Source: Isurus oxyrinchus
Lineage: Eukaryota
Length of the DNA stretch: 64,000 nucleotides
Direction: 5' to 3'
NCBI GenBank assembly: GCA_026770705.1
Contig: JANJGN010000020.1
Location: 66,216,001 to 66,280,000, forward strand
Shown here: piece after piece, positions 13,125 through 25,913 of the stretch
How the letters are laid out: each line of letters opens with the position of its first letter
How positions within the stretch are numbered: the first letter of the stretch is position 1
Translations under genes and position numbers: made by a program
Notes under the pieces: model-generated
Database searches by the model: none
Told to the model about the DNA's origin: nothing
What the model saw: only the letters and a program-made list of their open reading frames with translations

Positions 13125-13725
13125 AAAATGCAAAAGCAAAATACTGTGGATGTTGGAAATCTAAAATTCAAACAGAAAATGCTGAAATTCTCAGTAGGTC
13201 TGGCAGCACCTGTGGAGAGAGAAACGCAGTTAACATTTCTGGTCTGTGACTTTTCGTCAGAACTGGAAAAAGTTAAAAATGATAGTTTTTGAGAGAGTGA
13301 AACGGAGGAGGATGGGAAGAAAAACAAAAGGGGAGATCCGTGATAGGCTGGAGAGCAGGAGAGGTTAAACGACAAAAGCTTTAATGTACAGGGCCAAAGG
13401 GAGTGGTGATGTGACAAGTAAATAAACAAATTATATATCCAGAGGAGATGTGAATGGCAGGATCCTGAATAGCTCCCACCTGATAGCAAAGTCAAGAATA
13501 TAAGAGATAAAGAAGAAAAAAACTAAACCAGCCTTGAAAAACCAAAACAAAATAGGGGCAGCGGTTACAATGTAAAATTGTTGAACATGATGTTGAGTCC
13601 AGAAGACTGTAAAGTGCCCAATTGAAAGATGCAGCGCCATTCCTAAGGCTTGTGTTGAGCTTCATTGGAACACTACAGCAGGTGAAAGACAGAAGGGTCA
13701 GAGTGAGATCAAAGTGGGGAACATT
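13125..13725 (-). mobile_element. Penelope-like element 3' fragment with hammerhead motif (13228-13264, canonical CUGACGA..GAAA)
   Basis: Same pLTR terminus as 4228-4560; reverse complement reads AGTT CTGACGA AAAGTC ACA GACCA GAAAT GTT AACT. Confidence 0.75.
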
Positions 13726-14702
13726 CAACTCATTTTAGAATCATTAGCACCATATTATGCAAATCATTGCTCGCAAATAGTTGTCAGGATGCCTCGATTT
13801 TAAGGCAGACAAAGGTGCTTCTCAGTTGATCAGGATTATCCTGTGGAGCTGTGGCTGATTATTACCTCAGTGATATCTGAGGATGACATTTTAGGTATAA
13901 TGAGGTGAATGTATCCATCAAAGTAATCATAGAACACAACAATGGCATGTTGAAGCAGCATTTCACATGTCTGAAGTTGTCCTTCACTGTAGTAAAAGTT
14001 ACGACTGTGATTGTCTTCAGGAAGCTACGTAACTTTGTTGTAAAGGCCCTGGAGAAAGAAAGCCCCAGTTGCACAAGGGGATCACTAATAGGAGCAGGAC
14101 AAGTCTGAAGATATGGCAGAGTAGAACCCAAGGCCAGCTTTTGGCAAAGCAGCCAATCTTTTAATGTAAATTGCAAATGCTCCCACTGAATTGACAGCCT
14201 TGTCTACATCTTCCCATTCACTCTACAAGTATGCTTTCGCCTACAATGCATTAAATCTTTCCAGAAAATCACCAATAGTATATTTGTACTCCCGATGAAA
14301 TGTGCTCCGAAATCTTTTGAAGAACATTCTATGCACGTATTAAGATTACTTTTAATGTGGGAAAGCTTAACGTTTGTTTCCGTTGAGCTTTTCCTTTGGT
14401 GACCTTGCATATTTCAACTGGCCTTGGGGCCTCTCTCATAACTGTTCCACAGACACCGATAGAGTTGCCACACACATTGTGGTGAACTGAACGTTTGATG
14501 CAACTTTGTTAACATCTACAGCAAGCTGCTTGATAGTTTACAGTTATTGCACTAATGCTTGATGATTGGAAAGCATCTTCAACAACAACCTTTTAATGAA
14601 GCATAGATCCTTGACTCTTCCATCAAAGCACTATGCAATCTGGTCCTCTAGGCAGGTTCTTCCTTCTCTATCTCTACCAGCTGATTCTGTTTTCTGATGT
14701 GT

Positions 14703-15395
14703 GTGTCACTCAGTGCACTCCCTCTGGATTAGTGTCTTCAATCCCTCAAAGCACTTCCTTTGGATTTGTGCCTTCAGACACTCGATGCACTCCCTTTGGA
14801 TTCGTGCCTTCAATCCCTCGGTGCGCTCCCTCTGGATTAGTGTCTTCAATGCCTCGGTGCGCTCCCTCTGGATTGATGTCTTCAGTCACTCGGTGCGCTC
14901 CCTCTGGATTAGTGTTTTCAATGCCTCGGTGCACTCCCTCTGGATTAGTGTCTTCAATGCCTTGGTGCACTCCCTTTGGATTCGTGCCTTCAGTTACTCA
15001 GTGCACTCCCTTTGGATTCGTGCCTTCAGTTACTCGGTGCGCTCCCTCCGGATTAGCATCTTCAATGCCTCAGTGCACTCCCTCCGGATTAGCATCTTCA
15101 ATGCCTCGGTGCGCTCCCTCTGGGTTAGCGTCTTCAATGCCTCGGTGCGCTCCCTCCCGGTTAGTGTCTTCAATCCCTCGGTGTGCTCCCTCCGGGTTAG
15201 CGTCTTCAATCCCTCGGTGCGCTCCCTCCGGGTTAGCGTCTTCAATCCCTCGGTGCGCTCCCTCCGGGTTAGCGTCTTCAATCCCTCGGTGCACTCCCTT
15301 CGGGTTAGCATCTTCAGTCCCTCGGTGCGCTCCCTCCGGGTTAGCATCTTCAATCCCTCGGTCTGCTCCCTCTGGGTTAGCGTCTTCAATGCCTC
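14703..15395. repeat. 36-bp GC-rich minisatellite, about 19 copies
   Basis: Unit CCTCGGTGCGCTCCCTCYGGRTTAGYGTCTTCAATS (12-aa periodicity in the ORF track). Confidence 0.95.
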
Positions 15396-16891
15396 TGTGT
15401 GGATTTATCTGAACTCCTTTTGGGGAGGCATAGAATGATCTTGTGTGCGTTATAAAGTGCTGGTATGTCAGAATGCAGTGTGATGGCCAGGCTCCTCTGA
15501 GAAAATTAGCCAAAGAGTAAAGGAAAAACATATTAGGATAATGGCCTTATGAGCTGCCACCGTATATAGATTTTAGTTGAAGATGTGACCTATTTTGTTG
15601 CCATTGAATGAATGAGAAAACAGGTGGATGAGAAGAACTTTCATAAACCTTAGCTGATGTATGTTCGCATGGCTTTCTGCCTATATCTAGCATCCTCTAT
15701 AACCTCCCTTCTCAGAGCTTCCTCCTTCATATGGGGTTAGGTGACAGATGTTAGGAGGTCCTACCATAAATATTCTCTCCCTCTTGTAACCTGCCTTGTG
15801 CAGTCAGGCTAGTAGAGATCAGAATTGTTAACATGAGATATCAGAATGTAGCCCACGCAGGTTTGATGATGTGTACACACAATGTGCAGGGGAGACAAGT
15901 TTTTTGGGTTGAATGCCTGTAAGGGTGTGAGTAAAGGAACATTTCCGGGGGAAGGTAGGGCCTGCACCCTGTTACCTAGTTGGAATTCATGGTAAAATTT
16001 AGAAATATTTTATTACAGTGTGAGAGAAAGTAAAGTGTCATACATGCTTAATATACTGCATTAATGAATGGTAATGTGCTCTATAATCTTTGCTGAGCTG
16101 GTAAAGTTATTAAAATTCTTCTAGTACTGATTCCAGGTTCACTGCATTATGATGGTAGTATTCATACCAATTGCTACCCCTTCCCATTCTCCCTGGGGTT
16201 CCACAATACTCATTTCAAAAAAGGCCTACCTCAGCCTCACACCCTTCAATAGAACTTTGGTGGCCCTCAACTGAGAAATTATTTGTTTTCTAAATTCCTG
16301 CACCCCTTAGAGCTTTCAAAACTTCAAAGAATGCTGTCTGTCTCAGGATTTCACATTCTACCATAGCACCTGACTTCCTGTCCACAATATAATAATGAGA
16401 ATAACCCTAAAATAGCATACTTGATTGTGCATTAAAGATCATGCAGTTACATTTCTTGTACTACCCTACTTCTGATCATGCATAATCCTGACGTTGAACC
16501 AATAGCATTAACTTTAATAACATGGTCTTGTTACCCTTTGGGCATTTTCCTCTATTTCTATTCTCTGTTGCAGACCAAGTATGATTAACTTTGTGACAGA
16601 ACATGGCAGTGTGGTGTACTGGGTAAAATCAGCAGAAAAATGTGGACAGAGATAGCAGCAAACCAGGTGTCATAAAGTACATCTGCTTCCATCATGGATC
16701 CACCCTTGCACCTGCCCTCCACCTTTCCAGGGAATCCATTTGATTAGTCATCCCCACGAAACAAACAGTCACATTCAACAATGTAAAGTTAATCCTTGAA
16801 ATAAATCTGCTAACCTATGCTAAAACCTAATCTCACCCCTAAACCTAAAGTCAATTTTCCTTCAACACTATCCTAGGATTTTATTTAAGAT

Positions 16892-18059
16892 ACAAAAACA
16901 AAAAATTGAAAAACTCAGCAGGTCTAACAGCATCTGTGGAGAGAAAAACAGAGTTAACGTTTTGAGCCCATATGGCTCTTCTTCAGAGCTAAAGAGAAGT
17001 AAAAATGTGATGAAATTTATACTGTTAAAGGGGGCTGGAGCAGGTGAAGCTGGATAGAAGCCCAGCGATAGATGGGCACAAAGGAGAGATTGACAAAGAT
17101 GTCAACTGTCTCCACAGGAACCAAAGTGAAAATAATCTCATTTTGAATTTGTAAGGTGAAAATCCTTTGCCTGGTGTTTGGTTAAGTCTGTGGGTTGTTA
17201 TTGCCTTAATGGAGATTAGTTTGGGAATTTGTTAAAAGTTATGATAGTAGTACTTTGTAGCCATGTATCTGTGTTTAATGTGTTGTAGCTTAATAAAATG
17301 TTTCATCTAGTTTAATATAAAACCTGATGAGAACTGATGGTCTGATTCCTGAATTTAGAGTCGCATCTCAAACATAACACTTAAAATTATAGGTTATGAC
17401 AATTGTTTAAAATTTCCCTCTGGGATTTTTAAATAACTCAGTACCAACTCTAAGTTACTTAAAAATCCAAGAGAGAAATTTTAAACAACTGTCATAACCT
17501 ATAATTTTAAGTGTTATGTTTGAGATGTGACTCTAAATTCAGGAATCAGACCACCAGTTCTCGAGGTTTTACATTAAACTAAAAGAAAAATTTTATTAAT
17601 TTACACAGGTTAAAATGTATATGCACATGGCTTCAAATTACTACGATCATAACTTATAACAAATTCCAAAACTAATCTCCGTTAAGGCAACTGCAACCCA
17701 CAGACTTAACCAAACACCAGGCAAAGAATTTTCATCTTATGAATTCAAAATTAGGTTCTTTTCACTGGTTCCTGTGGAGACAATTGGAGGCATACATGCC
17801 TTTTGATCTCATATTGCCAAAGCAATGCCCCCACATATTGTTAGCCTTCCATCCAGCTTCACCTACTCCACCCCCCCCCAACCCCCAACAGTATAAATTT
17901 CATCACGTTGTTACTTCCCTTTAGCTCTGAAGAAGAGTCATACAGACTTGAAATGTTAATTCTGTTTTTCTCTCCGCAGATGCTGTTAGACTTGCTGAGT
18001 TTTTCTAGCATTTTCTGTTTTTGTTTCAGATTTCCAGCATCCGCAGTATTTTGCTTTTA
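16892..18059. mobile_element. Penelope-like insertion forming a ~1.17-kb fold-back with an internal non-PLE palindrome
   Basis: 13-bp TSD TTTTATTTAAGAT at 16879-16891 and 18060-18072; outer pLTR arms with hammerhead motifs at 16952-16990 (-) and 17923-17961 (+); inner inverted arms ~17104-17440 / ~17452-17785. Confidence 0.8.
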
Positions 18060-18733
18060 TTTTATTTAAGATGGCGTGGCAGTCAGCAAGATGGGAGAGT
18101 TCAGTGGAGACTGCCAGCAACTTGACAAGAGTTTAAAAATATACTAATTACAGGAAATCACTTAATTGATAGCACATTTGTGTAAGTTTGAACAGTAAGA
18201 ATTGTATTAGTTGTCAAAAACATTTCCTAATTTTGCAGTGTCTAATGATTAATGAAAAAGCCAAATTGGAAAGAAGATGAGAGATCAAGAACTGGTGTTG
18301 TACGAATTTCTAACTCCTGGAAGTGACTTAAAAAAAAGTGGCATATTTTCTTCCTTGGTTTACAAATTCCACCTGGTTACAAAGTTCATCTTTCCACATC
18401 CTGTTGTCTGTTTGTTTCTTGCTATCCTCATCAATCTCACTGAGGTCTTTCAGCTGTGTGTTTGATGTCCCTCTCGTTACCTTTTGTTTATTTTTCCCCC
18501 CCAGATTTTATATTGTTTAATCTTTCCTGTGCAAGCTACAGAATGTCTGAGTTCCTGACTTTTACGTGTAATTTGTTTGCTTGATTGGTAATTGGATTTA
18601 ATAATGTTTGGGGATTTTGTGTAAAATGCAGTAAAATGTGTTGCATGTTCGGGCTTGCTTAGCTTCTGGTTGTTTTACTTATCTGGGTTGCCCTGTACAA
18701 TTCATTGCGATCTTGTCCCTGTTCCTGTTGCAG

Positions 18734-18826
18734 ACTGATTATGAGGGCCAAGCAAAAAAGCTGTTGGAACTGATGGAAGACACTGATATGATTGTTGTTG
18801 CTGGAGGGGATGGCACCTTACAAGAG
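18734..18826 (+). CDS. AGK: AGK coding exon (93 nt) with the ATP-binding GGDGT motif
   Basis: ttgcag acceptor, gtatgg donor; TDYEGQAKKLLELMEDTDMIVVAGGDGTLQE. Confidence 0.97.
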
Positions 18827-19379
18827 GTATGGCCAAAATTTGATGTTAGTGCTTTGCAGACATGCGTCCACATGGCACTTAACAAAACTTATCTACTCTG
18901 AGATGGCACACAGGTGGCAGGAAGTGAAATTGCAAGACCGACTAGAAATAATTTAATCACAAGTCCTAACTAGTGAAAGTATAGTACTTGGGCAAATCAG
19001 TGTGTATGCATGGGAGTGCAAATTTGATTCTGTATAGGACAAAAATCTATGCTTTAGTAGAGATGAGCCAGGTGGTGACCAGAAAGCAACTATGGGAGAA
19101 TGATCCTAAGCTACCTCATAGCAGATTGGCATTGGCTGCAGCTGCTCTTCAAACTGAGGATTGATGCACATGGGAAAGGGGAGTATCTGCTGTGGCTGAG
19201 TATGGAATAGCATCGACAGGTGTTTTGCAGCAACTGTTTGATTGTAATCTCAGCAATCGATCTGCCCACTACCATATTTGATGTTGCTGCAAAAGCTTCA
19301 AGTAGAATTTCTGTAAATTCAGTATTCCCAGGATGAAACTTTTTTATGTTGTTTCTTCTTGGTGACCTGGCATCTACCC

Positions 19380-19447
19380 GGCAATGTGGAAAACTGTCCA
19401 CAAAAAGCAGGGCAAATCTAACCTGGCCAATTACTGCCCCTTCACTC
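19380..19447 (+). mobile_element. 5' piece of a CR1/L2-group LINE interrupted by the Copia element
   Basis: VHKKQGKSNLANYCP continues after 24576 as SLLSIISKVMEG, as in the uninterrupted copy at 33617-35134. Confidence 0.85.
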
Positions 19448-22400
19448 TGTTAAGTTCCAGTAGTTGTTTAGAAATGAAGACTGAAACCAAGACAGACTCC
19501 TTCAGACAGAGTTTTATTGCTTGTCATAAAACTCTCCAAAGATACCACCAGTCTCAGCTGTTATCCCTTTTATACAACCAAATGGGTACTTAGTTAAACA
19601 ACCTAATAATTAGCAATAGAACTTTTTCAACTGTTTCCTTCCCTAATTCCCCTCTTCTTAAAAAGAAAGTAACCCTTAAGGTTATATAATCACAAAAATA
19701 ATGGTAATAACAAACATCAATATATATTTTTATTCAACAAATTGACCTTATCCCCCTCCTCAAAAAGAAACACATCTATAGGTATGTTCACACAAAAGAA
19801 GTATTTTTCCTTAAAAAAAAGTCCCTCTTTGAGGATCTCTAGTAACTTCTTGGAGCTGGCTCCTCTTTTGGTGAAGCAGTCAGATAATTGGTAGCTGCTG
19901 TCGATCCATTTGATCTTGGCAACCTCCTTATTCTCGAGTATCTGTTTTAATTTTGCAATGTCAATTTGCAGTCTCTCCTTGTTGACACACTTCGTAGAGT
20001 GAACATTTTCCCAAAGTGACTTATTTATTATCTATAAGATGTTTGATAGGTACCATTCCTGAATACCCTTTTCCATTTGAAACTTCTGCCAATATCTTTG
20101 ATATAAGGAATGCCATATCTACCACCTCAACAAAGGCGAGAGTCTCCGCTGCTAACGTACTTTTTACAACTCTTCGTATCTTTTTAGATTCCCATGCCAA
20201 AGGGCAGCATTTGCCTTTTTCCCCTGATGAGAAATATTATAAATCCTCCAGCACGCGAAAATCCCAACACATGGATTTGCATAAGATGCATCACTGTACA
20301 CAATCAGTTTCATGTTTCTAATATCATCCAAAGATGGAAATTTCAAAACACACTACTCCATTTTTAATTTTGTCAGTGTTTTGTTATTTTCTTCAACCTT
20401 GGGATCGTTCATTTTGGTGCTCAATTCCAAAACATTAAAACTGACATCTGGCCTTGTTTATTTGCCTAGCCAATTGTGTTGCCCAATTAGACTTCTGAGT
20501 TCCTCTTTTTCTGTTTCAGAAGCCGTTGTATCTTTCTGGGAGGAGGCCCTACCATGACTAATTGCAATGGGATTGACGTTCTCTAAATAGGATTGCTGAT
20601 GTAAACAGATGTGTGATCCGCTCTTTGATTTCCAATCCAATGTACTTAAACGCACCAGAAGCCTGACTTCCAATTTTAAACTCCATTCTGAGCCCATTAA
20701 TGACAACTGTTTCAAATTAGGTACTACCACCTCGCAAAAAATCATCTACATGCATCATAAAGATGCCTGCAAGTTTTCCTCCATGGTGCCAAAAAACATT
20801 GTTCGGGTCTGCTTCCAACTGAAGACAGCCCAACTTTAACAAAACTGAACTCACTGAGAAATACCAAACTCTGCCGGCATTATTTAAACCATATACACGT
20901 TTATTTAGTTTCCAGAGAGTCCCTTCTGTGGTTGGTGCCCCTTTTGGTGGACGGAGAAAAACTTCCCTTTGAAGTTGGTGTACCTGCAAAAAAGCAGCTT
21001 TAATGTCAATGGACTTACGTTTCCAAGCATTTGTAGCTAATAGAGCTAAAAGATCTTCAGCACAACTTTCCATGCCATGGGTAAATCTGCTCTCATGTCC
21101 CAGTCACCCAATTTTTCTTCAAACTCTTGTGCCACAGGCCTGGCCTTAGTTTTATAAGTCCCATCAGGAAGCACATTTTCCGTGCATGTCCATCTGTGAG
21201 ACAGAACTGATTGCACCTTATCTGGCACCTCTGTGTATTCCAAATTCTTTCCAACTATGTAGTTCCTGCTTTTTGGCCTCCTTTATTAATTTATCGTCTA
21301 ATTTGTTTGAAGCTACTAAGACTTCGCGATCACATGGGCTTCTGCTCCTTGTAGTGTTACCAGTCTGTGTCATATTACTTGACCTTGTTAAGCTACACCC
21401 TCTATTCTGCCTTCTATCATGCTCCGGACTGTTACTGTTTTATCTTCCTCTCCCATTTATAGATGTTCTTTCAACAATTTGCGATCTCTTCCTAGAGGCA
21501 TGTTCACCCTCAGACCCACTGTCTGAATTGATACTGTGTTTCCTTGCCTTCCATTTTTATACTTCATGTTTCCAATCCTTAGGCATAACCTCTTGTTCTT
21601 TACATCATACGTTTAACCAGTTTTTATATTTTCCAGTGGCCTTCCCTGCTCTATCTACAAACATCGCATCCCACCATTGACTGGCCCCTCCTGGCAAGTA
21701 TGTACCTTTAGTGCCAGCTTTCAGCAGTTAGCCTCTGGAACAAATTGCTCCATCTTCTTTGTCCAAATTACTGTCTCCATCTTCAAATACCCTGTCAACT
21801 CAGTCCTCACAAACATGCAACATATGGGTATGAGAAGAACATGGTTCCTCGTCCCTTCCTAGAACACTTGCCGAACCTGCAAATTTGTAGTCCATGCCAA
21901 CTGACCTTGATGTGTGTACCCGAATAGTCTGGTTCCCATGTTTTAACATGACTGTTTTACCATTTTGCCTATAATCTTTCATGGGCCTTTACACTCATTA
22001 TGTCCTTCTCTTTCATAGTATACCATGTCTCCCTGATTGAAAATAGTTTCCGATGGACATACATTGTGTCTTAGAGCTTGCAGAATTCTCTGAAAGTTCA
22101 GCTTTAAGGAACGCTCTTCTATTCGCATGTAGTGTATTTAATTGCTCTGAAAAGGTAGAGCCCTCCCAAGCTGGGGGATGATCACTCAGGATTGAAGGAA
22201 TTTTTGGGCTTCCACCAAAAACCAACTGATATGGACTGTGGCCTCCCTACCATCGGCAGTGAATTCTTGGCATGGACAGCCCGTGCTTGAGCTGATAATT
22301 TACAGTTTGGTCTGTCCACCAATGTTTAATGAAACATCGCACCTGTAACTGCGTGATTCCTTTCACACACTCCATTACTAAAGGGCTTTCAGCTGCAGTA

Positions 22401-24576
22401 TTCATAACTATTATATTCATATTTTTGCACATATCTCGAGACTTGTCTTGAGCAAACTCCCCCTCCTCCCCCAGCCATTATCAGTGAGGAATTTCGCTGG
22501 TGGTCCCAAACCGGTCCCTATCCACTTCTCCATTACCTGATCCACAATTATTTTCTTTTTTTTTCACTGTATATGATTGTCGACTGGCTAAACCTTGTTG
22601 CCAAATCTAAGAAATGTAAAATAAAATTATATACTTTTCTTTATCCCACACCTTTAAATCCGTCGCCACAATTTCATTGAAATCCCTCGCTAAAGGTAGA
22701 TCCACCGTCGGCCGTGACGATGTCCTTCTGTATTTCTTACATATGTCACATCTATCGCTTATCTCCTCTATAAGTTTAGCATACTCTCCATCCCTTAGCA
22801 AAATTTGTAATCTTTGCGAAGGAGGGTAGGCAAACTGCTGATGCAATTTTAACACAATTTGTTTTTTGTCTTCCAAATTTCTATCCCCTGACTCTAATAA
22901 CACTTTTTTAAATCTCTTTTAGTAAAAAAGTTACAGTAGAGTCCAGATTGCATAAATTGTAAATCCTCAGGTTTTCCAAATACAATGGCCATGTCATTCT
23001 TCATACCCAGCTTCATTTGTGCTTTCTTCATTGATGGTCTGCTCAACAATAATGGTATTTTTCTAGACACTACATCCATACTGATAAACTGATTGACCCC
23101 AGCTATCTTACAGGGAATCACTACCCTTTTTAAAGATTTTAGGGTACTATCATCTCCAAATCTAAAACTGGTGGAACTCTCAAATTCTTTAGCCTTATTC
23201 CAACCCTTGTCATTTAAGGAGTCCATGTAGCATTTTAACCAGTCTATTCCACAGACCGTAAATGTACATCTGCTATCTAGTGCTGCACAGTTGAAGGATT
23301 CTGCCTCCAAGACATTCACTACCGGGCTGAAACTTCTTGTAACTAATACAATGTCCTGTTTGGTCAATATCTCCATCTTCTATCTCATGCTTAATTTTGA
23401 ACACCTTACTATATCGTTTAGGACAGTCCATTGCATAATGGTATTTTGAATCACATCTAAAACATCCGATTGACCATACCCTGGGCATTTCTGGGGTTCG
23501 TTCTTGTGTCATAAATCCCTAATTCTTTTCTCCTGCCATAACTGTTCAAGGTGTTTCTGTCCCCATTGCTTCTAGTTACAAATCTCCTTTCATACTGACA
23601 CCTGCGTCCTGTTTCTAAGCGATCTCACCATCCCATTAACATTGTATCCTCCATTTTCTGTCTTACCACCGAATGGCTCATTTGTGCCATGAATGCTGCC
23701 GGAAAGGAATGTTTTTCGAGGAATTTTGTTTTTTGAGTTTCTGACATCTGTTCTGACAACTAGCGCTGTGTGGCTTTCTGCAAACTTAACTCCCATTAGA
23801 ACTAGAAGCCTGTCAATGTTCGGTACTTTGGCACAGTCTAGTAACTTGAACACCACCAATTGGGGAATTTCTAGATGGAACTTTTGCAACCTTGCATATA
23901 GTCTACTGAATTCCATTATGTAATCTTCTATGGAGCTTTCTTCTAACTTTCTAAATTTCTCAAAATCAGACCATGCTTCATAATCACTTGATAAATCATC
24001 TTTTTGATAGATCTTATCCATAAAATAATAATGATTTCAAACCTTCATCCATGTCCAAATGCTCAGCTCCAAAAATATTTTGCACCTTATTTTGCTTTTG
24101 TATGATAACAAAAGTGCCAAGGCCATTCCCTGTTTTTCCTTTGGCGCTTTGACTCATGTCCACATACTTCCTTTGCTCGCAGGGTTCACTCTCAGAAAAC
24201 ATTGGTGGGTAATCATGCCCTGACACTCTACATTTTTATTCAGCCATTCTCCTTTTTACTTTGAGTGACTCCAAACCACTCTGCTCTTAAAGTTGACTCC
24301 AAATACAGTCTTTTATCTGAAGAAAGCTTAGTTTCCAATCTTTTACTTGCAACAGCAATCATTCTCTGCTACCACTATTAAGTTCCAATAGTTGTTTAGA
24401 AATGAAGACCAAAACCAGACAAGACTCCTTCAGAAAAGGTATTATTGCTTGTCATAAAACTCTCCACAGACACCACTGGTCTCAGCTGTTATCTCTTTGA
24501 TATAACCAAATGAGTACTTAGTTAAACAATCTAATAATTAGCAATTGAACTTCTTTAACTATTTCCTTCCCTAATA
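19448..24576 (-). mobile_element. Full-length but decayed Ty1/Copia LTR retrotransposon (GalEa-like)
   Basis: ~200-bp LTRs 19448-19648 and 24376-24576; minus-strand order gag (CFRCDSKYHYAMDC knuckle), protease (ALDSRCT), integrase (LHQQF..CDIC), RT (KARPVA, DIKAAFLQ, HVDD, TRPDV), RNase H (YSDASYAN, LSDCFTK); many stops and frameshifts; degenerate 5-bp TSD CACTC/TAGTC. Confidence 0.92.
24357..24374 (-). promoter_or_regulatory. Primer-binding site complementary to initiator tRNA-Met
   Basis: Minus strand TGGTAGCAGAGAATGATT, 1 nt after the 5' LTR; 16/18 match to the complement of the iMet tRNA 3' end (TGGTAGCAGAGGATGGTT). Confidence 0.88.
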
Positions 24577-25913
24577 TAGTCTACTCTCGATCATCAGCAA
24601 AGTGATGGAAGGGGTTGTTGGAAGTGCTATCAAATTGCACTTACTCAGCAATAACCCGCTCACTGATGCTCAGTTCTGGTTCTACCAGGGCCACTCAGCT
24701 CCTGACCTCATTACAGCCTTGGTTCAAACATGGGCAAAAGAGTTGAACTCCAGAGGTGAGGTGAGAGTGACTGCCCTTGACATCAAGGCAGCATTTGACC
24801 AAGTGTGGCATCAAGGAGCCCTAACAAAACTGGAGTCAATGGGAATTGACTCTCCACTAGTTTGATTCATATCTAGCACAAAGGAAGATGCTTGTGGCTG
24901 TTGATGTCAATCATTTCAGTCCCAGGTCATCACTGCAGGAGTTCTTCAGGGTAATATTCTAGGCCCAGCAATCTTCAGCTGCTTTATCAATGACCATCCT
25001 TCCATCATAAGGTCAGAAGTGGGGATGTTTGATGATGATTGCACAATGTTCAGCATCATTTGCGACTCCACAGATACTGAAGCCGTCCATGTTCATATGT
25101 AGCAAGACCTGAACAACGTCTTGGCTTGGGCTGATAAGATGCAAGTAACATTCATGCCACACATGCTAGGCAATAGCCATCTCCAACAAGAGAATCCAAC
25201 CATCGCCCTTTGACATTCAATGACATTACCATTGCTGAATCCCCACTACAAACATCCTGGGGGTTACCATTGACCAGAAACTGAACAGGACTAGCCATAT
25301 AAATACTGTGGCTACAAGAGCAGGTCAGAGGCTGGGAATTCTGCAGTGAGTAATTCACCTTCCAGCTCCCTAAAGCCTGCCTACCAACTACAAGGCACAA
25401 GTCAGGAATGTGATAGAATACACTCCACTTGTCTGGATGAGTACAGCTCCAACAACATTCAAGAATCATGACACCACCCAGGACAAAGCATCCCACTTGA
25501 TTGGCACCCCATTCAACATCCACTCCCTCGACTACTAACACACAGTAGCAGCAGTGTGTACCATCTGCAAGATGCATTGCAGGAACTCACCGAGGCTCCT
25601 TCAACAGCACCTTCCAAATCTGTGACCTCTACCACCTAGAAGGACAAGGGCAGCAGATATGTGGGAAAACCACCATGTGCAAATTCCCCTACGAGTCGCA
25701 CGCAATCCTGACTTGGAACTATGTTGTCTTCACTGTTGCTGGGTCAAAGTCCTGGAAATGCCTCCCTAACAGCACTGTGGGTGTACCTACACCACATGGA
25801 CTGCAGTGGTTCAGGAAGACAGCTCACCACTACCTTCCCAAGGACAATTAAGGATGGGCAATAAATGCTGGCCTAGCCCGCCACACCCACATCCTGTGAA
25901 AGAATTAAAAAAA
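24577..25913 (+). mobile_element. CR1/L2-group LINE RT to 3' end (decayed)
   Basis: AQFWFYQGHSAPDL..ALDIKAAFDQVWH..; 3' tail ggatgggcaataaatgctggcc..aaaaaaa. Confidence 0.9.

Noticed and set aside
13750-14630. Several 65-105-aa ORFs suggesting an old coding relic
   Set aside because: No recognisable motif; cannot be supported without a profile search
14633-15531. 259-aa, 245-aa and 153-aa repetitive ORFs
   Set aside because: Produced by a stop-free 36-bp tandem unit open in several frames on both strands; no exon or domain evidence
18638-18901. Stand-alone 87-aa ORF (likewise 30697-30939)
   Set aside because: Only the splice-bounded cores are AGK exons; the flanks are intron read-through
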